64,000 bases of DNA, taken from IMG/VR virus record IMGVR_UViG_3300032334_001259, positions 248,001-312,000 of that record, one strand, 5' to 3'. Under the pieces are notes generated by a model that was not told where the DNA came from, made no database searches, and saw only the letters and a list, made by a program, of their open reading frames with translations. The position numbers and the translations under genes were made by a program. How positions within the stretch are numbered: the first letter of the stretch is position 1; each line of letters begins with the position of its first letter. This document shows positions 9,957 through 20,480 of this stretch, one piece after another.

Positions 9957-10602
9957 CTTTGATTACCTCTGGCTTCCAATTCTTTTTCAATGGAACAACA
10001 TTGTTATCATTCTTTTTCTTGATTTCTACTTTATCAGGTTCTTGTTCCCATTGCAACCATTCAGCCCATTCAGCTTCATGATATACCATAACACTTTGAC
10101 CTTTTTGTTTTGTTAAAATATCAAATGTTGTGGGTGTTGGGCGAAACCACCAAGCAGGTTTATTCCAATTTTTCATGGCTAATTCTTCCATGAGTTCATC
10201 TTCCATTGCCATGTCTTGATCTATATGAATACAAATATTATCGCTTTTGTCACAACTTAAATCAACATTTGTTAAACTTACACGACCTTGCCCCATACTT
10301 AAAATTTTATACCAAGTTGTTACACCAATGCAATAATTGTTTGGTGCAAAGGGTAATGTAACTATTTTAGCATCTAATTTTTTATAAAGTGTTGGCAAAA
10401 TTGGATTTCCAACCCATATAAAAATGCTATCTTGGTATAAATCTTTAATTAAGTGACGAATACGACCAAAAGCAGTTGCTTGGTCTTCGGGTGTTAATGA
10501 TTCATCATCAAATGTAATATTAATATTATAATTGCATGGCTCCATGATTTTAGCATAGCAATTAATTGCACTAAATTCGGCACTCCAACTGATTGTGCTC
10601 AT
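9943..10602 (-). CDS. hypothetical protein
   Basis: 219-aa ORF overlapping both neighbours. Confidence 0.75.
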   Translation of the reverse strand: MSTISWSAEFSAINCYAKIMEPCNYNINITFDDESLTPEDQATAFGRIRHLIKDLYQDSIFIWVGNPILPTLYKKLDAKIVTLPFAPNNYCIGVTTWYKILSMGQGRVSLTNVDLSCDKSDNICIHIDQDMAMEDELMEELAMKNWNKPAWWFRPTPTTFDILTKQKGQSVMVYHEAEWAEWLQWEQEPDKVEIKKKNDNNVVPLKKNWKPEVIKGDKS

Positions 10603-10832
10603 CCTACGTCCAAACTATCTTTAAAAATTGGGTTCTTTTTTGTAGCTTCTGCTTCTGCACGATAACGTTTGTTAATTTCTTCCTGGTAGGTATCAACAAC
10701 ATTACGCATTTGCTGTATCATGACACCGTTGCCCATACGACCAAGCCATGCCATTTTCTTGTGTAAACCGTTAACTGTTTCTAAAAGTTCATCAAGTGTT
10801 TTGCCACTTAAATCACTCATAAGAGGATGCAT
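10599..10832 (-). CDS. hypothetical protein
   Basis: 77-aa coupled ORF. Confidence 0.7.
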   Translation of the reverse strand: MHPLMSDLSGKTLDELLETVNGLHKKMAWLGRMGNGVMIQQMRNVVDTYQEEINKRYRAEAEATKKNPIFKDSLDVG

Positions 10833-11248
10833 TATAGATCACCTTGTTTACGATTTTCACTATGCCAAGCATCAAATTTACCGCCTGGATAGCGTGATTC
10901 TAACTTCTTAACATTTTCATTAATTACATCATTTGGGTCAAGACCAAGTGCGGTGCAAGCATTTACCCAATACCATATAATATCACCAAGTTCACGCTTC
11001 ATATGAAATACATTTTCTTCATTAAGTGGTTTACCTTGAAAGAAAATCTTCTTAATAATTTCATTAAATTCGCCACTTTCGGCACTTAATCCCATGCCAG
11101 CAGTCAATAATAATGCGGGATTAATCTTGGTTTTGTCATCTTGATAATTGCTTAAATAGTCAAATCTGTCTAGAAAAGCATAATTGTGTTTACTTTCTTC
11201 ACTGGTTACTACGGTAACAAATTCTTGGTAAAGTTTTAAATCAGTCAT
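10832..11248 (-). CDS. mazG: MazG-like nucleotide pyrophosphohydrolase
   Basis: GLSAESGEFNEIIKK, RELGDIIWY and NVKKLESRYP motifs. Confidence 0.88.
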   Translation of the reverse strand: MTDLKLYQEFVTVVTSEESKHNYAFLDRFDYLSNYQDDKTKINPALLLTAGMGLSAESGEFNEIIKKIFFQGKPLNEENVFHMKRELGDIIWYWVNACTALGLDPNDVINENVKKLESRYPGGKFDAWHSENRKQGDL

Positions 11249-11254
11249 TAAAAT

Positions 11255-11294
11255 ACTCCTGATATAATATAGTTATTATTAAATCAGGAGTCAA
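11255..11294 (-). promoter_or_regulatory. sigma70 promoter bracketed by a 9-bp inverted repeat covering the SD
   Basis: TTGACT-17-TATTAT; arms ACTCCTGAT (11255-11263) and ATCAGGAGT (11283-11291). Confidence 0.55.
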
Positions 11295-11296
11295 TA

Positions 11297-12193
11297 TTAA
11301 TTAGTGGCAGTTCTAAACCATCTATTTGCACTGTTTACGAAAGTAAATCCAATGTTACTATTACCACTTAAAGTAGTGGTATTGCCATTAATTGTATTTC
11401 CAGCAACAAGGAACATATTTGCAATAGAGACATTCGCACTTATGCTTAGTGACTGACCATCCATTGGATAACTTGGGAAAGTTACCTTAACATTTGCAAG
11501 AGCACCAGCGGCACCGTTATCAAGAATTAACTTGCTGATAACGCTTACGTTTGTGGTATTCGTGGAACTTGTTCCATTACTGACGTTAGAATAAAGATAA
11601 TCTGGATTTACACGAGCACGGCTTAGTGGGAAAATTGTGATTGTAACACCCGCATCATCACTAATAAACTCATACCAATAAATTCCTACACCACTTTGTG
11701 TGTAACCAATGCTATTATTAGTTTGATCATAATCTTGAAGATATTTTGTTCCAATACTTACCGCACTTGGTAAAATTAAACGGTGACTTGTGCTTGTAAC
11801 ATTTAGCTTAAGACGAATACGACCAACTGTTCCTGCAGCAGGAAAGTTACTAAAAGCAAGTGTTACTGTTCCGTTAGTTTGAACTTTATGATAATGTCCA
11901 CGGCTATGATCTAATGTGACGTTAGTAGAGATAATACCATTGTCATATTCTGTTTCACGAAAATCTTGAATTTGCGCACTGCTTAATAGTGTGCCGCCCA
12001 TGTTGTTATTCAACGTTGTTCCACTTAAGGCACTTTTTACGATTGCTTTACTTTGTAAATCATCAAGTTCACTTTGCGCATAAGCAAAGTTATTCTTTAT
12101 GTTTGTAAAGTTATCACGAAAACCTTGACTATCGTTATCAACACCAGCTACAGGATAAGCAGAATTGATATTATTAGGGTTAATGTTACTCAT
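11297..12193 (-). CDS. virion structural (tail/baseplate-associated) protein
   Basis: YPVAGVDNDSQGFRDNF N-terminus; beta-rich; TAAATA upstream; C-terminal domain resembles that of 16093..18306. Confidence 0.65.
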   Translation of the reverse strand: MSNINPNNINSAYPVAGVDNDSQGFRDNFTNIKNNFAYAQSELDDLQSKAIVKSALSGTTLNNNMGGTLLSSAQIQDFRETEYDNGIISTNVTLDHSRGHYHKVQTNGTVTLAFSNFPAAGTVGRIRLKLNVTSTSHRLILPSAVSIGTKYLQDYDQTNNSIGYTQSGVGIYWYEFISDDAGVTITIFPLSRARVNPDYLYSNVSNGTSSTNTTNVSVISKLILDNGAAGALANVKVTFPSYPMDGQSLSISANVSIANMFLVAGNTINGNTTTLSGNSNIGFTFVNSANRWFRTATN

Positions 12194-12219
12194 TTAATGT
12201 TTCCAACAACTATATTTAT

Positions 12220-15200
12220 TTATGTAGCAGTTTCCAAGATATTTTGTAATGGGAACTTCAAGTAACTATCATTTGCAAATGGCAACTGATATTGATCTTG
12301 ATTATTGATGAATTGTGTTTTTGTGTTATCAAATGTGGTTGGTGATTTCAATTGTAAAGTTTGAAAATTACCTTCTTCATATTTTGGCACAGTCTGATTG
12401 CCAACACCAACATTTTTACTACTATACTGCCAAGTTTGACCAGCCTTTGCACCAAGTTGAACTAAAACAACATCGTTTAATGCAATTTCTTGAACAAATG
12501 TTAATGATACTGTTCTATTAGATATGCTTATTTGCCAAACACCGCCACGTTTGTTTACCGTTGCAGAACCATTTTGAACTTCTGCATAACCTGGTATAAC
12601 CGCACCATTTTGATTCCAACCATCATTGTATAGTATTGGAAATTCTGTTGGATTATAGTTTTGTTGCGTGCTGAATACAACATACTTACCATCCCAATCA
12701 CCACTTTCATCACCATCCATACCGCCTATATCATTAATTTGGGTTATTGTAGAATTGTCTACATGATCAAATGGTATATCTAATGCATAACCAACGGTTG
12801 CTGTTGGTGTAATACTTAAAACATAACCAGTATCAAAAGTTGTATATTGTTTTGTATAAAAGAAACCAGTTGCAATGTCGTAATTTATATCTAGATTATT
12901 ATCAAAAATATAACGATCAGCAACAAATGGTACTAATTTAATATCATTTGGAACACCGTTCTTTAACAAATACAGCACACGCTCACCAGTGCCTGGTTTT
13001 AAATAAGCTAAAACTGCCGCAGTTTGAAATCCTAATATTCTACCATCATTTTGAATACTTGTTTCCCACTGTGGTAATGTATTGGTATTTGTTTCACCAA
13101 TACCAACAACCAAGTCATTATTCATAAGAGTTAAATCATTTGGATATAATCTTCTACCGTCATTAATTAAAAAACTTGGTTGTGGAACACTTGGTGTTAG
13201 ATAACCATTTACATTTGTATAAGTTTTTGTATCTTCAATTAAATCAACATACACTACATCATAAAGTGCATTTCCGTCAGCATCAGTGGCAGTTGCGTAG
13301 TGATAATCACCAAAGTAGAATTTTTTATTAAAATGACGGCGTTGCATGACACTTATATAGTCACTTGCTTGGCTACTAGTTAAACCATATCCAACTAATG
13401 CTTTAATATCACTTTGTATTCCCCAATAAGGATCATTTGGACGATAGATATCTTCTAATTTAAAGTAATCAGTATTACCTAAAATTGTTGTAAGAATATT
13501 ACGTTTTGCAACGCTTGGTAAACAAACTATGTATAAGTTATCATATGGTTCATATGTAACACTATCCACTGTTAAAGTAAATGTTTTTTGTCCACTTATG
13601 TCCTGGCTGTAATCAGTTGCATTTATAATAATGGTATAAGTTCTATCAATTGTAGTTGGTGCTGCAGTGATACCATTTGTAGTATTTCTCACATCAAATG
13701 TTGTTGTTCCTTTATCTAAACTAAACTGTTGGAAACTTATACGACCACTTAAATTTCCATCATTTAATAAAGTTAGACCTTGTGGTATTTTACTTCCACT
13801 TGCAAGATAATAATATAATTGTCTACCACTTGCTGCAGTTGCATTTATTGATAATTGACTTATATCACCAGTATTCACAGTGCCTAAATTAGTTGGCGTA
13901 TTCCATGTTATTCCAAGACTTGTAGCACCTAAAATTGTTACTGTAAAAATACGATATTCACTTACTATAGTAGGTTCAATAATGCTATAAACTTGAACAC
14001 CAAAGCTATAACTTTGACTGACATAAGATTGTTCAGGAATAAATCCTGTCATCCAACCTGTTGTCCCGTCTAATGTTAAGCCAGGTGGTAAACTGAAATT
14101 GCTTTGATCCCATGGACTTGTATCCCATGGCACAGTATCAGCATCCCAACCAGTGCCAGTAGTGCCAACTATACTATATCCAACATTAATATTGTCGTAA
14201 TCTATACCTTCAAATTTAAATGCAAAGTAATTACCACTTGTAAATATTGCATAATCACCCATTGTTTCAGTTAATAGCAATGGACGGCGATAGTTAGTAA
14301 TGTCACTTGTAAAATAAGTTTCATCATCTGTTATAAGTGTATTATCAGCGGTTAGTGATTCATGATTGTAAACAACAATATTATAATTTTTTATGTCAAA
14401 ACTTTTTCCATCACTAACTTCAATTGTAAAGTAATATGTAATTTTTCCAAAACTAGTAAAAGTTTGACCTGGTGGAAGTAACAAATCAGTTTGATCATAT
14501 GGGACAGAATCCCAAGGATTTGCATCAATGTCCCATCCACTTGGAGGAATATAATTTGGAATAAGTGGACCACTTATAACACCATCAGTGCTTAAACTTG
14601 TTCCTAGTGGCAATGTTCCACTTAAAAGTGTAAATGTAAGGTTATCACTATTAAGATCAACTGCGCTTATTGGTATGCTTATAATAATACCATCAGTAAA
14701 CTCGCCTAACGTGGTATAATTGCTTGTAAGTAACTGTGGTGGATAGTTACCAGTAACTGTTATACTAAAACTTCGATCAGTAATTTTACCACTACTACTA
14801 AACGCACGAACAGTAAATTCACTTGTGCGATCTTGTGTAACTGCTTCTGGAACACCATCAATACTATATGTGTCTTTTGGATTACCTGTGACTTGTCCAC
14901 TGCTATCAATTTGCATACCAGCAGGTAACCTACCAGCAATAAGTGCATAATTTACATCTTGTCCATCAGGTTGTCCAGTAGGATCAACCGCCTGTAGTCC
15001 AATTTCAAAAAATTGTAGTGATTGAATTTTACCAAGGTTACCTTTTGGTGTAACCCATTCTGGATAACCTGTTCCATAACCTTGTGCTTGTTCTTCCGTC
15101 AAGATGTCAACTTGTTGATAAAAACTTTCACCAACAACATAGGGATAAACTGGTTGACCACTGCCATCCACACTACAAAAATATGCATAAGTTCCGCTTG

Positions 15201-16059
15201 GATAATCAGGTGTTACGCAATAACGACCATTGTGTGTATCTAAATCACCAGTGCCATTATACTGATAATCTTCTATAAACATACCCATAGGGTAAGTTAC
15301 CAAATCATATGCAGTCGTTGCAGCACGATAAGAACTCGGACGTAATCCGTAACCGCTCTCAAGGTCTTTTACACCACTATTTGCATCAAGAGGGTCAATA
15401 TATCCACTCGGACCATAAATTGGGAAACCATCTAAACTAAAACCAAGTATTTTACTATGCCCATCAGTATGAAATAAACTGCCATCAAGATATGGTATTA
15501 CATCAACTTCTGGTAAACCACGAACAGTTGAACTATATGGGCGTCCACCTAAACCACTTACCCAAATAGGTGCAAAATTATAATCGCTGTAAAAATAACG
15601 ACCTGTAGTTTTTGCACGACCACCCGCATAATCTTGTTTATACCAATGTTGTCCATCATCTATTTCATTTTGTGCTATTCCATTTGCATAACTTTGATCA
15701 AAATGGAAACCAGTAGGTGTTGTAAAACCAAAAGGAGGCAAAGTATCAGTACTTGATGAATAAATTGCAACACCATTTAGCCAAAAACCAACAATACCTT
15801 GTCCTACCGTTTGTGCATCTTCGGTTACAGTTTCACCACCACGCCAAACCCAACTGCGATTATAATATTGTGCAAGTGGAACTGTGCTTGCATAAATGCT
15901 ACCATATCCATGATATGGTATACCAGTTGCTGTTAAATTAATTGTATTTTGAAAATCGCCTGGATGAACTTCAACATTTTCTAAAAATGTCCAGTTACTA
16001 CTGACATTTATAAGACGACCAAGTTGAAGGTTGGTTGCGAAACCATTATAATTAGGCAT
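12220..16059 (-). CDS. large structural protein with an N-terminal YHYH-like domain and Ig-like (He_PIG-type) repeats
   Basis: HSKILGFSLDGFPIYGP and DLDTHNGR...TPDYP..TYAYF motifs; repeated LP.G..L...G.ISG.P Ig motifs. Confidence 0.7.
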   Translation of the reverse strand: MPNYNGFATNLQLGRLINVSSNWTFLENVEVHPGDFQNTINLTATGIPYHGYGSIYASTVPLAQYYNRSWVWRGGETVTEDAQTVGQGIVGFWLNGVAIYSSSTDTLPPFGFTTPTGFHFDQSYANGIAQNEIDDGQHWYKQDYAGGRAKTTGRYFYSDYNFAPIWVSGLGGRPYSSTVRGLPEVDVIPYLDGSLFHTDGHSKILGFSLDGFPIYGPSGYIDPLDANSGVKDLESGYGLRPSSYRAATTAYDLVTYPMGMFIEDYQYNGTGDLDTHNGRYCVTPDYPSGTYAYFCSVDGSGQPVYPYVVGESFYQQVDILTEEQAQGYGTGYPEWVTPKGNLGKIQSLQFFEIGLQAVDPTGQPDGQDVNYALIAGRLPAGMQIDSSGQVTGNPKDTYSIDGVPEAVTQDRTSEFTVRAFSSSGKITDRSFSITVTGNYPPQLLTSNYTTLGEFTDGIIISIPISAVDLNSDNLTFTLLSGTLPLGTSLSTDGVISGPLIPNYIPPSGWDIDANPWDSVPYDQTDLLLPPGQTFTSFGKITYYFTIEVSDGKSFDIKNYNIVVYNHESLTADNTLITDDETYFTSDITNYRRPLLLTETMGDYAIFTSGNYFAFKFEGIDYDNINVGYSIVGTTGTGWDADTVPWDTSPWDQSNFSLPPGLTLDGTTGWMTGFIPEQSYVSQSYSFGVQVYSIIEPTIVSEYRIFTVTILGATSLGITWNTPTNLGTVNTGDISQLSINATAASGRQLYYYLASGSKIPQGLTLLNDGNLSGRISFQQFSLDKGTTTFDVRNTTNGITAAPTTIDRTYTIIINATDYSQDISGQKTFTLTVDSVTYEPYDNLYIVCLPSVAKRNILTTILGNTDYFKLEDIYRPNDPYWGIQSDIKALVGYGLTSSQASDYISVMQRRHFNKKFYFGDYHYATATDADGNALYDVVYVDLIEDTKTYTNVNGYLTPSVPQPSFLINDGRRLYPNDLTLMNNDLVVGIGETNTNTLPQWETSIQNDGRILGFQTAAVLAYLKPGTGERVLYLLKNGVPNDIKLVPFVADRYIFDNNLDINYDIATGFFYTKQYTTFDTGYVLSITPTATVGYALDIPFDHVDNSTITQINDIGGMDGDESGDWDGKYVVFSTQQNYNPTEFPILYNDGWNQNGAVIPGYAEVQNGSATVNKRGGVWQISISNRTVSLTFVQEIALNDVVLVQLGAKAGQTWQYSSKNVGVGNQTVPKYEEGNFQTLQLKSPTTFDNTKTQFINNQDQYQLPFANDSYLKFPLQNILETAT

Positions 16060-16092
16060 GTTTTAATTTTCCACAAAGATATTTATGGATTA

Positions 16093-18306
16093 TTAAACTC
16101 TTATCCAGCGTGGACCACCTGGTAATTGTTGTGGTATTGGATTGCCATTATAAGGTGCATATTTTACATAATGCCAACTATAAGGAGTTGTAGAACTTAT
16201 GCTACTAACATTTCCTTGAACAGTGCTATCATTTGCAATAATACGCAAACTGCTTACACTGATGTTACTACTAATAGTAATTCTTGTTCCATCACTTATA
16301 TTAGCATTTGCAGGCATGTAAACGTTAGCAACAGAAACTGTTCCGCCATTTGTATAATCAAGAATAAGAGTTGATGTATTGCCAGTTAAAGTAACATTAT
16401 TACTACTTGAATTTGCAAGGTTTGCAAATGTGTAACCATTAATTGTAACATAACTTAACACATATGTGTTACTTGCTACGCCGTTTGCACTTAATAAGTT
16501 TGCAGTAAAATATGCTGGTATGTATGCTGCAACTTGAGTATTACTATAAAGTCCTGTTAGATATTGTGAACTACCAATAAAGTATGTTGCGTAAACATTG
16601 CTTGTAGTATTAAGATTACCAGCATTAATATTACCACTGTAAGTTGGTAGATATGCTGCTGCAATAACATTACTATACAAACCAGTTAATAGACTACCAT
16701 TACCAATAAAGTAAGTGCCGCCAACATTACCAGTTGCTACAAGATTACCAGCACTTAAGTTGCCAGTATAAGTTGGTAGGTAACTTCCAATATAAGCACT
16801 TGCTTGTGTATTACCATACATGCCACTTAATGTGCTACCATTACCAAAGTGATAAGCAGCAGTAACATTTCCGCTCGTGGTTAAATTACCAACACTTATA
16901 TTACTTGAAACTGTTACGTTACCTGTAACTTGTAATTTATTGGAACCATCATCGGTTCCACCTAATACCCAACGTCCACTTGTAATACGACCTGCTTCAT
17001 TTGCTAACAAAGTTCCATCAGTGTGGAATACGATTGCTTTACCAGTTGATGCAGTTCCAACGGCAATATTACCATTAGCAACATAAAGATAAGCATCATT
17101 TGGATATGTTATAGTGAAACTGCTGTTGTTATAATTGTTAGCATTAATACCAAGGTCAACAAAGTATGCACTATCATTACCATTGTTAGCAGTTGCTACA
17201 ATGTCTGCGCTTGTGCTGCTACCATTACCAATATTTTGGATGTTGATCTGTGTATAAGTTGTGCTGCTTTCAACAAATTGTGCAGTAAGATTTGTTAGCG
17301 GAACTGTGCCTGCTGGTCCTACTACAAGATCATATGATGAAACAAGATTATTTGCATTTACGTTACCAGTATAAGTTGCAAATGAACCAAATGTATTACC
17401 AGTTGTTACAATATTACCGCTGCTATAAATGTTACCACTTATACCCATACCACCTGTAACAACAACAGCACCAGTAATTGTGCTACTTGCTTGAGTTGTA
17501 TCTTTTAACCAAAGAGTTGTTGCATTAGCAAGAACTACATCACCTGTTCCATCAGCATCAATATTGATATTTGCATTGGTTCCACTTGGACTTGTGATAT
17601 AACTTGTTGCACTTACAACTAAATTAGCACCAGCACGTAGCGCAACATTACCAGCTACGTTTAGGTTGCTTGTAAGAACGTTACCATTATAAAGTGTCAA
17701 ATAAGCTGCAACATTACTATTACCATAAGCACTTGGTGTAATACCACTTAAGCCACTTAAGTAATAACCATTACCCAACACATATGCTGTAGTTGCAAGA
17801 TTACCAGCTGCTGCAATATTAGAATTACTATAAAGAGTTTGTATATTTGCAATTGCAATATTAACAGCAATAAGATTTCCAATTGTGTTAACATTAGGTA
17901 AACTATTACCACTAAAATTCTGTGCATTAACAGCAGTGCCAGCAGTAGTAGCATAAACTGCAGTAGTTGCTAATGTAGCACTACTTGCTACCCCACTTAA
18001 ATTACCTATGATTGGGTATAACGTATTTGTTGTAATTTGACCGTTAAATGTAGCATTATTAGCATACATTGTGGTGAAATTTGTTTGAGATGCAACAATT
18101 GCTGCACCATTAGCTACAACAACATTAGCACTACCAGGAGCAAGAGTAAGGTTAGCACCAGCAGTGTGAGTTTGATAAACATCACTGCTGTTGAGATTAC
18201 CAAATATTTGGCTAAAGTTATTATTTGTTTTTATATACGCTGTTCTAAGCGGGTCGCCAGTGCCATCATTACCAAATGCACCAACGTTAATAACCTCTTG
18301 TACCAT
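16093..18306 (-). CDS. tail fibre / baseplate-attached fibre protein
   Basis: INVG..GNDGTGDPLRTAY.K.N.NF N-terminus (T4 gp9/gp10-like); Gly/Asn/Thr-rich repeats (GNGS.LTGLY.N..V.AYLPTY.GN). Confidence 0.75.
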   Translation of the reverse strand: MVQEVINVGAFGNDGTGDPLRTAYIKTNNNFSQIFGNLNSSDVYQTHTAGANLTLAPGSANVVVANGAAIVASQTNFTTMYANNATFNGQITTNTLYPIIGNLSGVASSATLATTAVYATTAGTAVNAQNFSGNSLPNVNTIGNLIAVNIAIANIQTLYSNSNIAAAGNLATTAYVLGNGYYLSGLSGITPSAYGNSNVAAYLTLYNGNVLTSNLNVAGNVALRAGANLVVSATSYITSPSGTNANINIDADGTGDVVLANATTLWLKDTTQASSTITGAVVVTGGMGISGNIYSSGNIVTTGNTFGSFATYTGNVNANNLVSSYDLVVGPAGTVPLTNLTAQFVESSTTYTQINIQNIGNGSSTSADIVATANNGNDSAYFVDLGINANNYNNSSFTITYPNDAYLYVANGNIAVGTASTGKAIVFHTDGTLLANEAGRITSGRWVLGGTDDGSNKLQVTGNVTVSSNISVGNLTTSGNVTAAYHFGNGSTLSGMYGNTQASAYIGSYLPTYTGNLSAGNLVATGNVGGTYFIGNGSLLTGLYSNVIAAAYLPTYSGNINAGNLNTTSNVYATYFIGSSQYLTGLYSNTQVAAYIPAYFTANLLSANGVASNTYVLSYVTINGYTFANLANSSSNNVTLTGNTSTLILDYTNGGTVSVANVYMPANANISDGTRITISSNISVSSLRIIANDSTVQGNVSSISSTTPYSWHYVKYAPYNGNPIPQQLPGGPRWIRV

Positions 18307-18310
18307 TAAA

Positions 18311-18339
18311 AACTCCTGCGATATTATTTAGCAGGAGTT
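18311..18339 (-). promoter_or_regulatory. hairpin with a TAAATA late-promoter motif in the loop and the SD in the 3' arm
   Basis: AACTCCTGC-TAAATAATATC-GCAGGAGTT-TTTA-ATG. Confidence 0.65.
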
Positions 18340-18345
18340 ATTTTG

Positions 18346-18699
18346 TTAGAAACTAACGCTAGTACCACATCCACAGCCACCACTGGCATTAGGATTTTCT
18401 ACAACAAGTGAACTACTTATAAAATCAGTTTTATAATCAATAGTGCTACCAATTACATAAACATGAGCAGTGCAATCTACGATAAACTTTTGTTCATCAC
18501 CCAAATCAATGATGTCATCACGGTCTGGTGTGCCTTTTTCATCATATTCATTTGCATCAACTGGAAGCCAAAAATATTCAAATCCAGCACAACCACCACC
18601 TTGCAAACCAAATACAAGATGAGTTTTTTTCATCTTTTGTAGGGTATTTTTTATATGACTTTTTGCATCTTCTGTTAAATTTACAATATGGTCAGTCAT
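18346..18699 (-). CDS. A-type Fe-S carrier (HesB/IscA family)
   Basis: GGGCAGFEY, IDY, NPNA and CGCGTS motifs. Confidence 0.92.
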   Translation of the reverse strand: MTDHIVNLTEDAKSHIKNTLQKMKKTHLVFGLQGGGCAGFEYFWLPVDANEYDEKGTPDRDDIIDLGDEQKFIVDCTAHVYVIGSTIDYKTDFISSSLVVENPNASGGCGCGTSVSF

Positions 18700-18700
18700 G

Positions 18701-18916
18701 TCATTTAAACCTATAAGTTATACGTCCACGAGTTAAATCATAAGGACTTAATTCAACACTTACTCGATCTTCTTCGGTAATTTTAATTTTGTTTTTACGC
18801 ATATTTCCACTTGTATATGCAAGTATTAAGTGTCCATTTACATCTACTCTAAAATTACCATTAGGTAGCACGTCAACAACCACTCCTTCTAAACTTACTA
18901 ACTCTTCTTTTGCCAT
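18701..18916 (-). CDS. infA: translation initiation factor IF-1
   Basis: MAKEE..LEG.V..VLPN..FRV, SGNMRK..I.I...[19 protein letters not shown]. Confidence 0.96.
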   Translation of the reverse strand: MAKEELVSLEGVVVDVLPNGNFRVDVNGHLILAYTSGNMRKNKIKITEEDRVSVELSPYDLTRGRITYRFK

Positions 18917-18919
18917 AGA

Positions 18920-19432
18920 TTACTTATATTTTACACTCATGCTGTCGCCTGTGTCAGAGTCAAACATTGTAAACGCATCCAAATCAGTAGGTGATGCTGG
19001 CATTACTGTTCCAGTGGTTACAGTTGTAGTATTTTTATACAAATCATTTGTTAATTCTGCCAACTGTTCATCAGTCAGTTTTGCTACGGCACTATATCCA
19101 CTCATTCTATCATCAGCGGTGGTAGTTGTATAAACTCCCCAATTGCCATAGTTTCTACCTTGCTCATATGTCTTTGGTGACCAGTATGCGCCTCTGTCTC
19201 GGTTCATGTTGTAAAAACTAATATCATTTTTAAGTTGTTCCATTTCACGGCGCATATCTTGCAATCCACGCCACATTTGTTCAAGTGGACCAACAGGATT
19301 AATATTCATGCTATCTTCTGCTACTTTGGTCAATACAATAGCTTGCTTGAAAGCATCAATAACAGTTGGATCACGACTTAATAAAACTGCATCTAAGTCT
19401 CGCAATCGTTCTATTAAATCAGTTATTGCCAT
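18920..19432 (-). CDS. hypothetical protein
   Basis: 170-aa ORF in operon. Confidence 0.7.
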   Translation of the reverse strand: MAITDLIERLRDLDAVLLSRDPTVIDAFKQAIVLTKVAEDSMNINPVGPLEQMWRGLQDMRREMEQLKNDISFYNMNRDRGAYWSPKTYEQGRNYGNWGVYTTTTADDRMSGYSAVAKLTDEQLAELTNDLYKNTTTVTTGTVMPASPTDLDAFTMFDSDTGDSMSVKYK

Positions 19433-19985
19433 TGTCTAGTAAATCCTTTCTACGATAAAGCATTGTTAAACCAGGTGCCCAATAAAGATTTTCAGCAATA
19501 TGCCATGGGTCATTGGTTTGCAAGAAATTGTTAATACCAAAAACCATACCAATAGGTTGCCCACCATTAATTTGAATTGGTGCAGGTTGATGAGCAAAAG
19601 TATAAGTATCTTGAATTACAATATAACGTTCTACAAATTGTGCAAACTTTTGGCAAACGGTATTAACAAAATTTCCTTCTTGGAAACTGTTGATAAACAT
19701 CATATCAGTATCTTCAATAGTTTCATCTTCCAAAATCATTTTGTTATGGAAAACTAATTTAATATTATAATTATTTGCGATTTCTTGATATTCACTAATA
19801 TCAATTTGGTTATGGTCATAAATTACAATCGTTTCTGGTTTTGCGCTTAATACACAAAGTGTTCCTAATCCTTGTCCAAAACCAACAATTGTAATATGTT
19901 TTACACGACGACACCATTCCATAAATGGTATCATCTGGCTATTTGTATTAATGTTTTCTGCGATGTTTTCATAAATGTCTTGCAT
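19419..19985 (-). CDS. divergent class I SAM-methyltransferase-like protein
   Basis: VGFGQGLGT, DTDMMFINS, YIVIQDT and GLTML resemble Methyltransf_24-type phage proteins, but the usual D/H residues are altered; start revised. Confidence 0.45.
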   Translation of the reverse strand: MQDIYENIAENINTNSQMIPFMEWCRRVKHITIVGFGQGLGTLCVLSAKPETIVIYDHNQIDISEYQEIANNYNIKLVFHNKMILEDETIEDTDMMFINSFQEGNFVNTVCQKFAQFVERYIVIQDTYTFAHQPAPIQINGGQPIGMVFGINNFLQTNDPWHIAENLYWAPGLTMLYRRKDLLDNGNN

Positions 19986-19993
19986 AATATTAG

Positions 19994-20272
19994 TTATACA
20001 CCTTTTTCTTGTTGAATGCAAATTTGTAATAGTGATTGATAATGTTCCCATGCTTCACGAACAGCAGGATACTTTTCACGAACCAATGCTTCATAATAAG
20101 AATTTTCAATAATTTCATTTACTGTATTTTTTGGAGTCCAAATTTCTTCACGTGTATTTTGTGGACCAACATTTACACGAAAAAGATAATCTTTTTCTAA
20201 ACCAGCATTACCAAATTCACGCCGTGTTACAGTTTTACCACCATCTGGACTTTCATAAATCCAAGTAGTCAT
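19994..20272 (-). CDS. conserved phage hypothetical protein
   Basis: IYESPDGGKTV.RR..G motif. Confidence 0.75.
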   Translation of the reverse strand: MTTWIYESPDGGKTVTRREFGNAGLEKDYLFRVNVGPQNTREEIWTPKNTVNEIIENSYYEALVREKYPAVREAWEHYQSLLQICIQQEKGV

Positions 20273-20480
20273 TACTATATCCTAATGTTTTTGGGGCATG
20301 GTCAATATATGTTTTGCCATAAAAATAAGCATCTTCGTCAGTAATTACAACTTGCAAATCGCTATGGTGAATATCATAATCTGTAAAATTACCACCTTCA
20401 TCATAAACACGAAATACCCATAGGTTTCCTATGGGTAAAATGCATCCTTTAACACCATTTGCACTAATTGGTTTGCTCAT
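20253..20480 (-). CDS. hypothetical protein
   Basis: FRVYD..G.FTDYDI.HSDL motif; coupled ORF. Confidence 0.7.
   Translation of the reverse strand: MSKPISANGVKGCILPIGNLWVFRVYDEGGNFTDYDIHHSDLQVVITDEDAYFYGKTYIDHAPKTLGYSNDYLDL

Noticed and set aside
16093-18306. DGR target or tandem DNA repeats in the fibre gene
   Set aside because: The repeats are degenerate protein-level units; no reverse transcriptase or adenine-specific TR/VR pair was seen.
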